Shown one piece after another: positions 1-9,345 of a stretch of 32,000 nucleotides of DNA (its first letter is position 1; every line of letters begins with the position of its first letter). A program made the translations under genes and the position numbers. The notes under the pieces were generated by a model. The model searched no databases, was not told the origin of the DNA, and worked only from the letters and a program-made list of their open reading frames with translations. Where the stretch lies: contig NC_004460.2 in NCBI RefSeq assembly GCF_000039765.1, positions 1,410,001-1,442,000 on the forward strand. Reading direction: 5' to 3'. This DNA comes from Vibrio vulnificus CMCP6 (GTDB lineage: Bacteria; Pseudomonadota; Gammaproteobacteria; Enterobacterales; Vibrionaceae).

Positions 1-831
1 TCCTTTCACGAGTGGAACCCCGTGGAAGGGTTGGGGGCGATGAACTATGTGGGGCTTGAGAATTACCACATCGCCTTAACCGATCCTTGGTTGTGGCGTT
101 CACTCAAAAATACCTTGTGGCTGGCCATTACCTCCGGCGTGGCGCAACACCTTGTGGCGTTACCTGTGGCTTACATCTTGGTGTCGATGAGTGATCGCCT
201 GCGTCATTGGCTGACATCGGCTTATTTTTTGCCGTTCATCACCTCAACCGTTGCCGCGTCGCTGATCTTCTTCAACATGTATTCACCCAATTCGGGGATC
301 ATCAACCAAAGCTTGATGGCATTGGCAGACAGTTCACTGCTGGGTTGGGCCTTCTCTTGGGTGAATGACTATCAGCCGATTCGCTGGCTTGATGACGCCA
401 GTATGGTCAAACCGTCCATCGCCATTATGGTGTTTTGGAAATACACCGGTTTCAATATCGTGCTCTACACCACCGGCCTCATGACCATTCCGAAAGAGAT
501 TTTGGAAGCGGCGCGCATGGATGGTGCCAATGCGTGGCGTCGTTTCTGGAGCATTTCTTTGCCAATGATTCGCCCGTTTATTTTCTTCGCTGTCACCATG
601 ACCATCATCGGCAACTTGCAGCTGTTTGAAGAGCCGTTTGTGCTGACGCGCGGCACCGGTGGCACGGGGCAGTCTGGCTTAACCATCTCGATGTATTTGT
701 ACAAAGTGGGTTGGGAGTGGCTTGAAATGGGCACGGCGTCTGCGATTTCGTGGCTACTGTTTATTTTGATTGCGGGCTGTACCGCAGTGCAATTTTTCTT
801 CTTTGGTAAGAAAGGGTTAGGGGAGCAATAA
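1..831 (+). CDS. ABC sugar-transporter permease, MalF/UgpA type (CUT1); 5' end cut by window edge
   Basis: Frame 1 is open from nt 1, so the track ORF 22..831 starts at an internal Met. Polytopic membrane protein with the EAA-loop segment 'LEAARMDGANAWRRFWSISLPMIRP' typical of binding-protein-dependent permeases. Stop 829-831 lies 1 nt before the next permease ATG (833). Confidence 0.9.
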   Translation, partial: SFHEWNPVEGLGAMNYVGLENYHIALTDPWLWRSLKNTLWLAITSGVAQHLVALPVAYILVSMSDRLRHWLTSAYFLPFITSTVAASLIFFNMYSPNSGIINQSLMALADSSLLGWAFSWVNDYQPIRWLDDASMVKPSIAIMVFWKYTGFNIVLYTTGLMTIPKEILEAARMDGANAWRRFWSISLPMIRPFIFFAVTMTIIGNLQLFEEPFVLTRGTGGTGQSGLTISMYLYKVGWEWLEMGTASAISWLLFILIAGCTAVQFFFFGKKGLGEQ

Positions 832-832
832 G

Positions 833-1714
833 ATGTCGACCAAACACAACGCATTATTGCCGTGGAAACCGAGTGAGCAAGCCTTGGCTCTGCTGACAAA
901 AAGCCTGATGGTATTGCTGGCGGTGGTGCTGATTGTCTCCGCCATCATGACGGTGTTTCCGTTCTTGTGGTCGGCGCTGCTGTCCACGCGAGATCGCACC
1001 GAAATCTTTGGTACAGGAATCAGCTTTGCCATTGGCGATAGCTTGGCGGTGAACTACGCCAAACTGTTGGAAATCATGCCGTTTTGGCAGGCGATGTTTA
1101 ACTCCATTTACATTGCCTTCCTTGGCACCACCATCTCACTGCTGTTTTGCAGCATGGGTGGCTACGCTTTTGCCGTTTACCAATTTAAAGGTAAGAATTT
1201 TCTCTTTGGCATGCTGGTGGGTTCAATGATGATCCCGCCCGTATTGAGCCTCATTCCCTACTTTATGATCGTCAAATTCCTCGGTTTGCTCGATAACCAC
1301 ATGGCGGTGTGGCTGCCCTTTACCACCACGCCATTCGGGATTTTCTTGATGCGTCAGCACGTGGTGGCCTCGATTCCCAAAGAGCTACTCGAAGCGGCGA
1401 AACTCGATGGCGCAGGGGAATTTCGCACCTACTGGAGCGTGGTGCTACCACTGATGAAACCCGCATTGGCGACCTTAGCGATTGTGCAGTTTGTCTTTTT
1501 CTGGAACAGCTTCATGAACCCGTTGGTGGTGCTGACCACGCCAGAGAACTACGTGATTACCCAAGCGCTGCGAAGCGTACAAGGCATTCCTAATACGCCT
1601 TGGGGGGCGGTGATGCTGGGCACCACCATCTCCATTTTACCGTTAGTGATTACTTACTTATTTGCCTCGAAACAGATGATCAGCGGCCTCACCTCCGGCG
1701 CAGTCAAAGGCTAA
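833..1714 (+). CDS. ABC sugar-transporter permease, MalG/UgpE type (CUT1)
   Basis: 293-aa polytopic protein with the EAA loop 'LEAAKLDGAGEFRTYWSVVLPLMKP'. Tightly coupled to the upstream permease. Confidence 0.9.
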   Translation: MSTKHNALLPWKPSEQALALLTKSLMVLLAVVLIVSAIMTVFPFLWSALLSTRDRTEIFGTGISFAIGDSLAVNYAKLLEIMPFWQAMFNSIYIAFLGTTISLLFCSMGGYAFAVYQFKGKNFLFGMLVGSMMIPPVLSLIPYFMIVKFLGLLDNHMAVWLPFTTTPFGIFLMRQHVVASIPKELLEAAKLDGAGEFRTYWSVVLPLMKPALATLAIVQFVFFWNSFMNPLVVLTTPENYVITQALRSVQGIPNTPWGAVMLGTTISILPLVITYLFASKQMISGLTSGAVKG

Positions 1715-1746
1715 GTGAAACAAAAAAATAATATAGGTTTAGAACC

Positions 1747-3096
1747 ATGAATAAATACCAATTACCCCAAGATTCTCAATTGCGTCAGGCGGATTTTCTG
1801 TTTGGTGTCGCCACCTCGTCTTATCAAATCGAGGGCGGCGCACAACTGGGTGGCCGCACCCCTTCGATTTGGGATACCTTCTGCAACCAACCCGGCGCAG
1901 TCGACAACATGGACAATGGTGATGTGGCGTGTGACCACTTCCATTTGTGGCAACAAGACATCGCACTGATCCAAGGTTTAGGCGTGGATGCCTATCGCCT
2001 TTCCATGGCGTGGCCACGCATCTTGCCGAAAGATGGCCAAGTTAACCAACAAGGGCTTGAGTTTTACGAGCGCATTATTGATGAGTGCCACGCGCGCGGC
2101 CTAAAAGTGTTTGTCACGCTCTATCACTGGGATTTGCCGCAATACTTGGAAGACAAAGGGGGTTGGCTCAACCGTGAAACCGCCTACAAATTTGCCGAAT
2201 ACGCAAAGGTAGTAAGTGGTTACTTCGGCAATAAAATCGATTCATACGCGACCTTGAACGAACCGTTCTGCTCGGCTTATTTGGGCTACCGTTGGGGCAT
2301 TCATGCTCCGGGTAAGAAGGGCGAGCGTGAAGGCTTTTTGTCGGCGCACCATCTGATGTTGGCACACGGTTTAGCGATGCCAATCATGCGCAAAAACGCG
2401 CCGCAATCGATGCACGGTTGTGTGTTCAATGCCACGCCTGCTTACCCGTATCGTGAGCAGGATGTCGCTGCGGCCGAATACAGTGATGCCGAGGGTTTCC
2501 ACTGGTTTATCGACCCAGTGCTCAAAGGGGAATACCCGCAAAGCGTGTTAGAGCGCCAAGCGCACAACATGCCAATGATCTTAGACGGCGACCTCGACAT
2601 CATCCGTGGCGATCTCGATTTTATCGGCATCAACTTCTACACCCGTTGCGTGGTGCGTTTTGATGCCAATGGCGACTTGGAAAGCATGCCTCAGCCAGAC
2701 GCAGAGCACACGTACATCGGCTGGGAGATTTACCCGCAAGCGCTGACCGATTTGTTGCTGCGCTTAAAACAGCGCTATCCGAACTTACCGCCAGTCTACA
2801 TTACCGAAAACGGTGCGGCAGGAGAGGATGCGTGTATCAATGGCGAAGTGAATGATGAACAGCGCGTGCGCTATTTCCAAAGCCACTTATTGGCCTTGGA
2901 TGAAGCCATTCGCGCCGGAGTCAATGTGCAAGGGTATTTTGCTTGGAGTTTGATGGACAACTTCGAGTGGGCCTACGGTTATAAGCAGCGCTTTGGCATT
3001 GTGCATGTGGATTACGCCACGCAAAAACGGACCTTAAAACAGAGCGCGATCGCGTATCGCAATACGTTGCTGGCGCGTGCAGAGGAGAAGCAATAA
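1747..3096 (+). CDS. GH1 beta-glucosidase, cytoplasmic (no signal peptide)
   Basis: Carries both GH1 signatures: acid/base 'TLNEP' and nucleophile 'YITENG'. The N-terminal 'FLFGVATSSYQIEG' is also typical of GH1. 449 aa. Confidence 0.95.
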   Translation: MNKYQLPQDSQLRQADFLFGVATSSYQIEGGAQLGGRTPSIWDTFCNQPGAVDNMDNGDVACDHFHLWQQDIALIQGLGVDAYRLSMAWPRILPKDGQVNQQGLEFYERIIDECHARGLKVFVTLYHWDLPQYLEDKGGWLNRETAYKFAEYAKVVSGYFGNKIDSYATLNEPFCSAYLGYRWGIHAPGKKGEREGFLSAHHLMLAHGLAMPIMRKNAPQSMHGCVFNATPAYPYREQDVAAAEYSDAEGFHWFIDPVLKGEYPQSVLERQAHNMPMILDGDLDIIRGDLDFIGINFYTRCVVRFDANGDLESMPQPDAEHTYIGWEIYPQALTDLLLRLKQRYPNLPPVYITENGAAGEDACINGEVNDEQRVRYFQSHLLALDEAIRAGVNVQGYFAWSLMDNFEWAYGYKQRFGIVHVDYATQKRTLKQSAIAYRNTLLARAEEKQ

Positions 3097-4193
3097 TGGC
3101 ACGAGTGGAATTTCGCGATATCAAAAAATCGTACGACGATGTGGAAGTGGTCAAACACTTTGATTTCACCGTCGAAGATGGTGAGTTTGTGGTGTTTTTA
3201 GGCCCCTCGGGCTGTGGAAAATCCACCACATTGCGCATGCTCGCGGGCTTAGAAAGCATCACCTCGGGGGAGATTTACGTTGGCGACAAACTGATGAACA
3301 AGATCGACGCCAAAGATCGCGATTTGGCGATGGTATTCCAAAGTTACGCGCTCTACCCGCACATGACGGTGTACGAAAACATCGCCTTTGCCCTCAAACT
3401 GAAAGGGATGGCAAAAGCGCAAATCGACGTAGAAGTACGCAAAGCGGCCAAAATGTTGGAACTGGAAGCGCTGCTGGATCGCAAACCCAAAGAGCTTTCC
3501 GGTGGTCAGCGTCAGCGTGTGGCAATGGGCCGCGCTATGGTCCGTACCCCCAAAGTGTTCCTCTTCGATGAGCCGTTATCAAACTTGGATGCCAAATTGC
3601 GCGGCACCATGCGTGAAGAGATCAAACAACTGCATCGAGAGCTGAAAACCACCACCATCTATGTGACGCACGACCAAATCGAAGCGATGACGCTGGCCGA
3701 CCGCATTGTGATCCTTAAAGATGGCTATGTGGCGCAAGTGGGCACGCCAACGGAGGTGTTTAAACGCCCGGCCAACAAGTTTGTGGCTCAGTTTATTGGC
3801 AACCCGTCGATGAACATGCTTGAAGCCAAGTTGGTCGGTGAAGAGGGCAACTGGCACATCGCATTGGGTGAGGTGACCATTCCGTTGCCAGAGCGCTTTC
3901 ACGCCCATGCTTCGAAGAATCTTGCTTTGCATTTTGGCATTCGTCCGACAGACATTCATTTGCGAGCCGAGCAAGTGGCGCACGAGCGCGTGTTGCCGAT
4001 AGAGGTGGCGATCAAAGACAAAGAGCTGTTGGGCGCGAGCATCTTGCTCAAAACCGAAGTGGCAGGGCAGCCCTTGATGGTGGAAACCCAAGCGGCGGAA
4101 GTGGACGTGCGCCAACTGACCTTGTACCTCGACTTGGACGCCATTCATCTGTTTGATGCCTTGAGTGAGAAGTCGCTGGCGAGCTTTGGGTGA
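3096..4193 (+). CDS. ABC transporter ATP-binding protein, MalK/UgpC/MsmX type
   Basis: Walker A 'GPSGCGKST', signature 'LSGGQRQR', Walker B 'VFLFDEPLS', plus a C-terminal regulatory (TOBE-like) extension. Its ATG overlaps the GH1 stop (TAATG at 3094-3098). Confidence 0.93.
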   Translation: MARVEFRDIKKSYDDVEVVKHFDFTVEDGEFVVFLGPSGCGKSTTLRMLAGLESITSGEIYVGDKLMNKIDAKDRDLAMVFQSYALYPHMTVYENIAFALKLKGMAKAQIDVEVRKAAKMLELEALLDRKPKELSGGQRQRVAMGRAMVRTPKVFLFDEPLSNLDAKLRGTMREEIKQLHRELKTTTIYVTHDQIEAMTLADRIVILKDGYVAQVGTPTEVFKRPANKFVAQFIGNPSMNMLEAKLVGEEGNWHIALGEVTIPLPERFHAHASKNLALHFGIRPTDIHLRAEQVAHERVLPIEVAIKDKELLGASILLKTEVAGQPLMVETQAAEVDVRQLTLYLDLDAIHLFDALSEKSLASFG

Positions 4194-4214
4194 TCACATC
4201 GCGTAAAGCAACGC

Positions 4215-4253
4215 ATCAACCGTGTTGGCTCTTTAAGGGCTAACACGGTTGAT
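4215..4253 (+). terminator. Strong hairpin after the CUT1 operon (possible terminator, poor T-tract)
   Basis: 15-bp stem, ATCAACCGTGTTGGC (4215-4229) pairing with GCTAACACGGTTGAT (4239-4253) with one G-T pair, and a 9-nt loop. The following sequence 'tgagcttgttg' is only weakly U-rich. Confidence 0.5.
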
Positions 4254-4359
4254 TGAGCTTGTTGAATGGGGAAACTATAGTAAAGTTGTGTGGCTAACTT
4301 CCGTGAACAGTGGATATTTAGCCGATAAAGTGACCAGTTTTGAGCTTGCTGGATAAAAA

Positions 4360-5382
4360 ATGAAAACCCAAAAAAAGAAAAAAAGTACCCCTTCCATCTA
4401 CGACGTTGCCAAGCTGGCTGATGTGTCACCGAGCACGGTTTCCCGCTTTCTCAATCGCACCACTTATGTCTCGGATGACAAGAGTGATCGCATCGAAAAA
4501 GCGATCAAATCTCTCAATTACAAACCCAACTATCTGATGAGTCGAGACAAAAATACCCGCTCGATGACCATTGGTGTGTTGGTCCAGCACCCAGAAAGTC
4601 CCTACACCAGTCGTATTCTCAACGACATGGAAAAAGTGCTGAATGCCCAAGGTTACTCCTTAGTCATTGCCACCGGGCATTGGCAGCGCAGTTTAGAAAC
4701 CCACGCTTTGGAGTATCTGGCCAAAAGCCATGTGGATGGGGTCATCATTGTGACCGGCAGCTTGAGCGAAGAGCAGATTTTGGCGTACGCCGAGCGCATT
4801 CCCGTGATTGCCGTGGGCTATCAAGTTTCGGGGCCCAATGTGCGCAGTGTGAACGTCGATAATGTGCTGGCGGGTTATATGGCGACGCTCCATTTGCTTC
4901 AGCAAGGGCACGTCAACATCGCCCATATTAAAGGATTGCTCAACCAACCTGATGCCGTTGCCCGCTTTGTCGGCTATAAAAAAGCGTTGAAAGAAGCGGG
5001 AATCAAAGTGCAAGCCAAACTGATCAAACAAGGGGATTTTAGTAGTGAAACGGGCTATGAAAAAACCGTCGAACTGATCCAGTCTCGTCACTACTTTTCG
5101 GCCATTTTTGCTGCCAATGATCAAACCGCTTACGGGGCAATTAAAGCCTTGCATGACCATGGTTTGCGCGTGCCTCAAGATGTGTCCGTGATTGGCTTTG
5201 ATGATCTGCCCGTCTCACAGTATTTCACACCTGCGCTCACGACCATGCGCCAACCGATAGAAGAGATTGGTGAAATCAGTGCGCGCAGCATATTAAACTT
5301 GCTCAATGGCGACCGTTCACCACAACGCTTACCGCCGATCGAACTGGTGGTGCGTGAATCCACTCAATCTAAATTTCGTTAG
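4360..5382 (+). CDS. LacI-family transcriptional regulator (paralog 1)
   Basis: N-terminal HTH 'SIYDVAKLADVSPSTVSRFLN' followed by a periplasmic-binding-protein-like sugar-binding core ('VDGVIIV', 'FAANDQTAYGAIKAL', 'VIGFDD'). Confidence 0.9.
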   Translation: MKTQKKKKSTPSIYDVAKLADVSPSTVSRFLNRTTYVSDDKSDRIEKAIKSLNYKPNYLMSRDKNTRSMTIGVLVQHPESPYTSRILNDMEKVLNAQGYSLVIATGHWQRSLETHALEYLAKSHVDGVIIVTGSLSEEQILAYAERIPVIAVGYQVSGPNVRSVNVDNVLAGYMATLHLLQQGHVNIAHIKGLLNQPDAVARFVGYKKALKEAGIKVQAKLIKQGDFSSETGYEKTVELIQSRHYFSAIFAANDQTAYGAIKALHDHGLRVPQDVSVIGFDDLPVSQYFTPALTTMRQPIEEIGEISARSILNLLNGDRSPQRLPPIELVVRESTQSKFR

Positions 5383-5399
5383 CCATTCAACGCAGCAGG

Positions 5400-6179
5400 C
5401 TAACGTGATAAGTAGCGAGGTTGAAAGCCCTGCCAAACTTGACTGAGAGCAGGGTTCATCAGCTCTATCACTTGGCGCTGTTGCGGATTCATTTGGTTTA
5501 CGCTGCGCGCGTAATGTTTCTCATACAACAGTTGTAACGTCCCTGCCTGCTCCAGTTTATTGAGCGCAGCCGTCATCTCTTTATGGAGCGCTGGATGCTG
5601 CGGCGCCACGTAGAACACCACGGGGAGTGGGTAGTACAGCATGAGGCTAGGTTCAATGGCGAGTTTTTCACTGGCATGAGGGTACTCCTCTAATAAGCTT
5701 TGCGCTTCATTGATGCCCAGTGGTATGAAATCGCACAACCCTTCTTGCAGCAGCAAAAACATCTGTTCCAGTGAGCCTTTTTCCAACACCTGATAGCCGT
5801 TTTGGCGCAGTAAGTCGGCATCTGCCCAAGTCGCGGGAATGCCCGCCACCATCGCTTTAAGCTGAGTTTCCGTCACATCCGCAAAGTGGGCAGTGTCGCT
5901 GGCTCGAACCACCAAAACCCGACAACCTAAAATACCACCACACAGCGCGTGACTCACTTCGAGAAACTGCCCAGGGGCAAATTTTTGATTGCCAGCCACG
6001 GTGGTCAGCAGATCAATTCCGGTTTCAAACACACGTCCTTCATCTTCCGCATTGGGGTAGGCGGTGGTGTCTTCGAGCATCGGCCAATAAGCGGACAATG
6101 CAGGCCGTAAAGCCTGTAAAACGTCCCGTTCGTGCTGTTGACGTGTCCAAGATTTATTGCCATTCCAAAATCGACTCAT
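5400..6179 (-). CDS. Hypothetical protein, family-3 solute-binding-protein-like fold, no signal peptide; start codon uncertain
   Basis: The track ORF runs 5400..6299. In-frame Mets lie at 6299, 6233 and 6179; I chose 6179 ('MSRFWNGNKSW...') because an operator-like palindrome sits at 6249-6270. Overall resemblance to orphan amino-acid-type SBP domains is by eye only. Confidence 0.45.
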   Translation of the reverse strand: MSRFWNGNKSWTRQQHERDVLQALRPALSAYWPMLEDTTAYPNAEDEGRVFETGIDLLTTVAGNQKFAPGQFLEVSHALCGGILGCRVLVVRASDTAHFADVTETQLKAMVAGIPATWADADLLRQNGYQVLEKGSLEQMFLLLQEGLCDFIPLGINEAQSLLEEYPHASEKLAIEPSLMLYYPLPVVFYVAPQHPALHKEMTAALNKLEQAGTLQLLYEKHYARSVNQMNPQQRQVIELMNPALSQVWQGFQPRYLSR

Positions 6180-6248
6180 GTTGCTACGGCGCTCCGTTGG
6201 GTTGTCTGTCTCGTTTGAGTTTTCCGCTATCATTCCATGCGCAATATC

Positions 6249-6270
6249 AAAAAGAAAGCGGTTTCTTTTT
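6249..6270. promoter_or_regulatory. LacI-type operator copy A (imperfect)
   Basis: AAAAAGAAAGCGGTTTCTTTTT, the 22-bp locus palindrome with one central mismatch (GCGG instead of GCGC). It lies upstream of the 6179 start of the minus-strand gene, or inside the ORF if 6299 is the start. Confidence 0.5.
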
Positions 6271-6533
6271 ATGTGAAGTGAATGTTTGATTTGCGACAAA
6301 ATCAGCGTTTGTGTGGGTTGATGGTCGTTAGGAGGAGAAAACGCTCCTCAGTTCACAAAATTCAATACGGCAATGAAAATATAACCAATTGATATATATG
6401 AAATTTTGTTATGTTACTAAATTGGATTTATATCTATCTTATTGATATTTAAGCATTAAATAGATGTGTGATCTATGGTTTGTTTTATCGACTTTGAGTT
6501 GAATATCACGCTTGAAAGAGGAAAAATCCTCAC

Positions 6534-6551
6534 AAAGAAAGCGCTTTCTTT
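6534..6551. promoter_or_regulatory. LacI-type operator copy B (distal site of the SBP operon)
   Basis: Perfect 18-bp palindrome AAAGAAAGCGCTTTCTTT. It fits the LacI/CcpA-type operator pattern nGnAAnCGnTTnCn and lies just upstream of a TTGACA hexamer (6558-6563). Confidence 0.7.
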
Positions 6552-6557
6552 TTCGTT

Positions 6558-6584
6558 TTGACACCCTAGTGGTTGTTTTATGGC
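6558..6584 (+). promoter_or_regulatory. Possible sigma70 promoter of the Opp/Dpp-type operon
   Basis: Perfect -35 TTGACA (6558-6563). The best -10 candidate, TATGGC (6579-6584, 15-nt spacer), is weak. The element is bracketed by operators B and C. Confidence 0.3.
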
Positions 6585-6614
6585 TGTCACCGCGGAAAAT
6601 TTTTTATAACAACA

Positions 6615-6628
6615 AGAAAGCGCTTTCA
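6615..6628. promoter_or_regulatory. LacI-type operator copy C (proximal site of the SBP operon)
   Basis: AGAAAGCGCTTTCA, a 13/14 match to the core. There are 29 nt between it and the ATG at 6658. Confidence 0.65.
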
Positions 6629-6657
6629 TGGGGTGTAACTAAAACAAGGACAATGTG

Positions 6658-8295
6658 ATGCAAAAGAAAACTCTGCTCGCAACTCTCGCTGCCGGTCTTA
6701 TGCTTTCTGCAACTGCTACAACAGCGGCTGAGATCAAACAGGGTGGTACGCTAACCGTGCCAATCATCAACACGGGGTTTGTTGATAACTTCAACCCGTA
6801 TACCACCAAAGATCTGCTGCACGGCGTGATGTTTGAACCTCTAATGGTGTTCAACAACATGACCGGTGAAACGGATTTCCGTTTGGCAAAATCGGTCGCT
6901 TACTCGGACGATCTAAAAACCATTACTCTGACACTGCGTGATGGCTTGAAATGGTCTGATGGTTCACCGCTCACGGCAGACGACGTCGTCTACAGCTTTA
7001 TGCTCACCAAAGACGCGCCAGCGTTTGACCAAAAAGGCATTTGGTCAGGCAAGAATCTCCAGACGATTACCGCTAAAGACGCCACAACGGTGGTCTTTAA
7101 CCTGAATGAAGCGGATTCTACTTTTGTTTGGAACCTAGAGCGTTACCACATTGTTCCTAAGCACATCTGGTCAAAAGTGGAAGACTTAACCACCTTTACC
7201 AACCCAAATCCAGTGGGTAGCGGCCCGATGACCGTGGTGAAATACGTTAAACCGCAACAAATGGAATTGTGCCGCAACCCGAACTACTACCTTGAAGGTC
7301 GACCATACCTTGATTGCGTGAACTTCCGTTCTTACAACGACAACTCGCAAATTCAACCTGCGTTGATCAAAGGTGAAATCGACTGGGGTTCAAACTTCAT
7401 TGCTGACGTGGAATCCACGTTTGTCGCGCAAGACAAAGCCAACAACCACTTCTGGTACCCAGCGAACGATGCGATTCACCTTTACGTCAACACTAAGAAA
7501 GCCCCATTTGATGATCTGCGTGTTCGCCAAGCGCTTTCTATCGCGCTTGACCGCGAAGCGATCGTTGATATTGCTGCGTATGGCTACCCAACGCCAAACT
7601 ACAATGTTGGCGGCATTGGCGAACTGTACAAAACACACATCGATCCACAAATCTCGAAAAAATACGGCTATCTCACGCAATATGACGCTGAAAAAGCGAA
7701 ACAATTGCTAGAAGAAGCGGGCATTGTTGACCGTAACGGCGACGGTTTCCGCGACAACAAAGATGGCTCAACTGTGCAGTTCGATATCGAAGTCGTTAAC
7801 GGCTGGACCGACTGGATTCAAGTGGTGCAGATGGTGACGGAATACTTCGAAGAAGTCGGCATCAAAGCGAACGTGAAAACCGTTGACTGGGCAGTGTATG
7901 ACGCCAACTTGAAAGAGAGCAAATACACCATGTCGATCAACTGGTCGATGGTCGCCACCAACCCAATTTTGGCTTACCAAGAGTACTTCGCGACATCGCG
8001 TATCGGCAAAACATGGCACGCGGGCCACGGTGTGAACTCGCCAGAAATCGACAAGTTGATTGAAAGCTTCGGCAAAATCGGCGATGCGAAGAAGCAAGAA
8101 GCGATCATTTCACAACTGCAGGAATACACGGCGGAAAACCTACCGTTCATTCCTCTGTTCTCTAACCCAACTTGGTTCCAATACAGCACCAAGAAGATTG
8201 TTGGCTGGCCAAATGCAGAAAACCCATATGTACAGCCAGTGTGGTATGACGGCGGTAAGCGCGTGATCATCCTCAACAACCTACACCTGAAATAA
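6658..8295 (+). CDS. Family-5 (Opp/Dpp-type) ABC substrate-binding protein, periplasmic; predicted oligosaccharide-binding
   Basis: Signal peptide 'MQKKTLLATLAAGLMLSATATTAAE' and a size and sequence style typical of SBP_bac_5 proteins. ATG 6658 is preferred over GTG 6655 because the AAGGA Shine-Dalgarno (6646-6650) is 7 nt upstream. The sugar specificity is inferred from context. Confidence 0.85.
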   Translation: MQKKTLLATLAAGLMLSATATTAAEIKQGGTLTVPIINTGFVDNFNPYTTKDLLHGVMFEPLMVFNNMTGETDFRLAKSVAYSDDLKTITLTLRDGLKWSDGSPLTADDVVYSFMLTKDAPAFDQKGIWSGKNLQTITAKDATTVVFNLNEADSTFVWNLERYHIVPKHIWSKVEDLTTFTNPNPVGSGPMTVVKYVKPQQMELCRNPNYYLEGRPYLDCVNFRSYNDNSQIQPALIKGEIDWGSNFIADVESTFVAQDKANNHFWYPANDAIHLYVNTKKAPFDDLRVRQALSIALDREAIVDIAAYGYPTPNYNVGGIGELYKTHIDPQISKKYGYLTQYDAEKAKQLLEEAGIVDRNGDGFRDNKDGSTVQFDIEVVNGWTDWIQVVQMVTEYFEEVGIKANVKTVDWAVYDANLKESKYTMSINWSMVATNPILAYQEYFATSRIGKTWHAGHGVNSPEIDKLIESFGKIGDAKKQEAIISQLQEYTAENLPFIPLFSNPTWFQYSTKKIVGWPNAENPYVQPVWYDGGKRVIILNNLHLK

Positions 8296-8362
8296 GGGAT
8301 TTGTGTTTTCAATTGTTAGGAGTCACCGCCACGGTGGTGGCTCCTAGGTTAAAAGGTGTGTT

Positions 8363-9337
8363 ATGTCGTTTTTAGTTCGCCGTTTTGGCTTTTATTTTAC
8401 TGCCTTCCTGATTGCGATTTCATTCAACTTTATGTTGCCGCGCTTGATGCCGGGGGATCCGGTGGATGCCCTCTTTGCCGCAGCACAAGGTCGAATGGAC
8501 CCCGCTCAGATGGACGCAGTTCGTGAGATGTATGGTTTTGTCGATGGCAACCTGTTTGAACAGTATCTGGCTTACATGAAAAGCGTGTTTACGCTTGAGT
8601 TGGGCCCTTCGGTACTGATGTTCCCTGTGAGCGTGTCGGATGTGATTGCCATGGCGCTGCCATGGACCATGTTCCTTGCGCTGGGCTCTTTGATTGTGGC
8701 GCTGATCATTGGTGTCAGTATTGGTACTTACGCCTCGTATCATCGTCAGGGCCTGTTTGGCCAAGTGGTGCCACCAGTGCTGGCTTTCATCAGTAACTTC
8801 CCTTATGTCGTCACCGCGCTGCTGTTGTTCTACTTCTTCGGTTTGAAGATGGAATTGCTGCCGCTGGCGTACACCTACGACCCAGCGTTAGAGCCGGGCT
8901 TTAACCTGGAATTTATTGCCAGCGTTGCGAAACACGCGGTGCTTCCAGTGGGTTCGATGGTGGTGGTTGGCATCGCGACGTGGGTATTTAACATGCGCAA
9001 CGCGATGATCAACGTGTTGGGTGAAGATTACGTCACCATGGCGGAAGCGAAAGGACTCAGCAGTTTCCGCGTGATGTACCGCTATGCTGGCCGCAACGCG
9101 ATTTTGCCAGTGGCGACAGCCATTGCGATGGCGATCGGTTTCTCCTTCGCCGGCTCGATCATGACGGAAGTGGTGTTCAACTACCAAGGGCTTGGCAACA
9201 TTCTCTTGAAAGGGATTGTGGCGCGTGACTACCCGCTGATCCAAGCCATCTTGTTGATTCTTGTGACGGCAGTACTCACGGCGAACTTTATTGCCGATCT
9301 GCTCTACGTCTGGCTTGACCCCCGCATTTCAAATTAA
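8363..9337 (+). CDS. Opp/Dpp-type ABC permease (DppB/OppB-like)
   Basis: 324-aa polytopic protein with the typical N-terminus 'RRFGFYFTAFLIAISFNFMLPRLMPGDP' and a C-terminal 'LYVWLDPRI' motif. Confidence 0.9.
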   Translation: MSFLVRRFGFYFTAFLIAISFNFMLPRLMPGDPVDALFAAAQGRMDPAQMDAVREMYGFVDGNLFEQYLAYMKSVFTLELGPSVLMFPVSVSDVIAMALPWTMFLALGSLIVALIIGVSIGTYASYHRQGLFGQVVPPVLAFISNFPYVVTALLLFYFFGLKMELLPLAYTYDPALEPGFNLEFIASVAKHAVLPVGSMVVVGIATWVFNMRNAMINVLGEDYVTMAEAKGLSSFRVMYRYAGRNAILPVATAIAMAIGFSFAGSIMTEVVFNYQGLGNILLKGIVARDYPLIQAILLILVTAVLTANFIADLLYVWLDPRISN

Positions 9338-9345
9338 GGTGTACC

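Noticed and set aside
3579-4148. 189-aa ORF antisense to the MalK-like ATPase gene (similar cases at 4693-5178 and 25755-26171)
   Set aside because: Each is nested antisense within a confidently assigned CDS and its translation has no recognisable features.
5378-5404. Inverted repeat GTTAGCC/GGCTAAC spanning both stop codons of the convergent LacI and SBP-like genes
   Set aside because: The stem is only 7 bp with a 13-nt loop and no T-run on either strand, which is too weak to call a bidirectional terminator.
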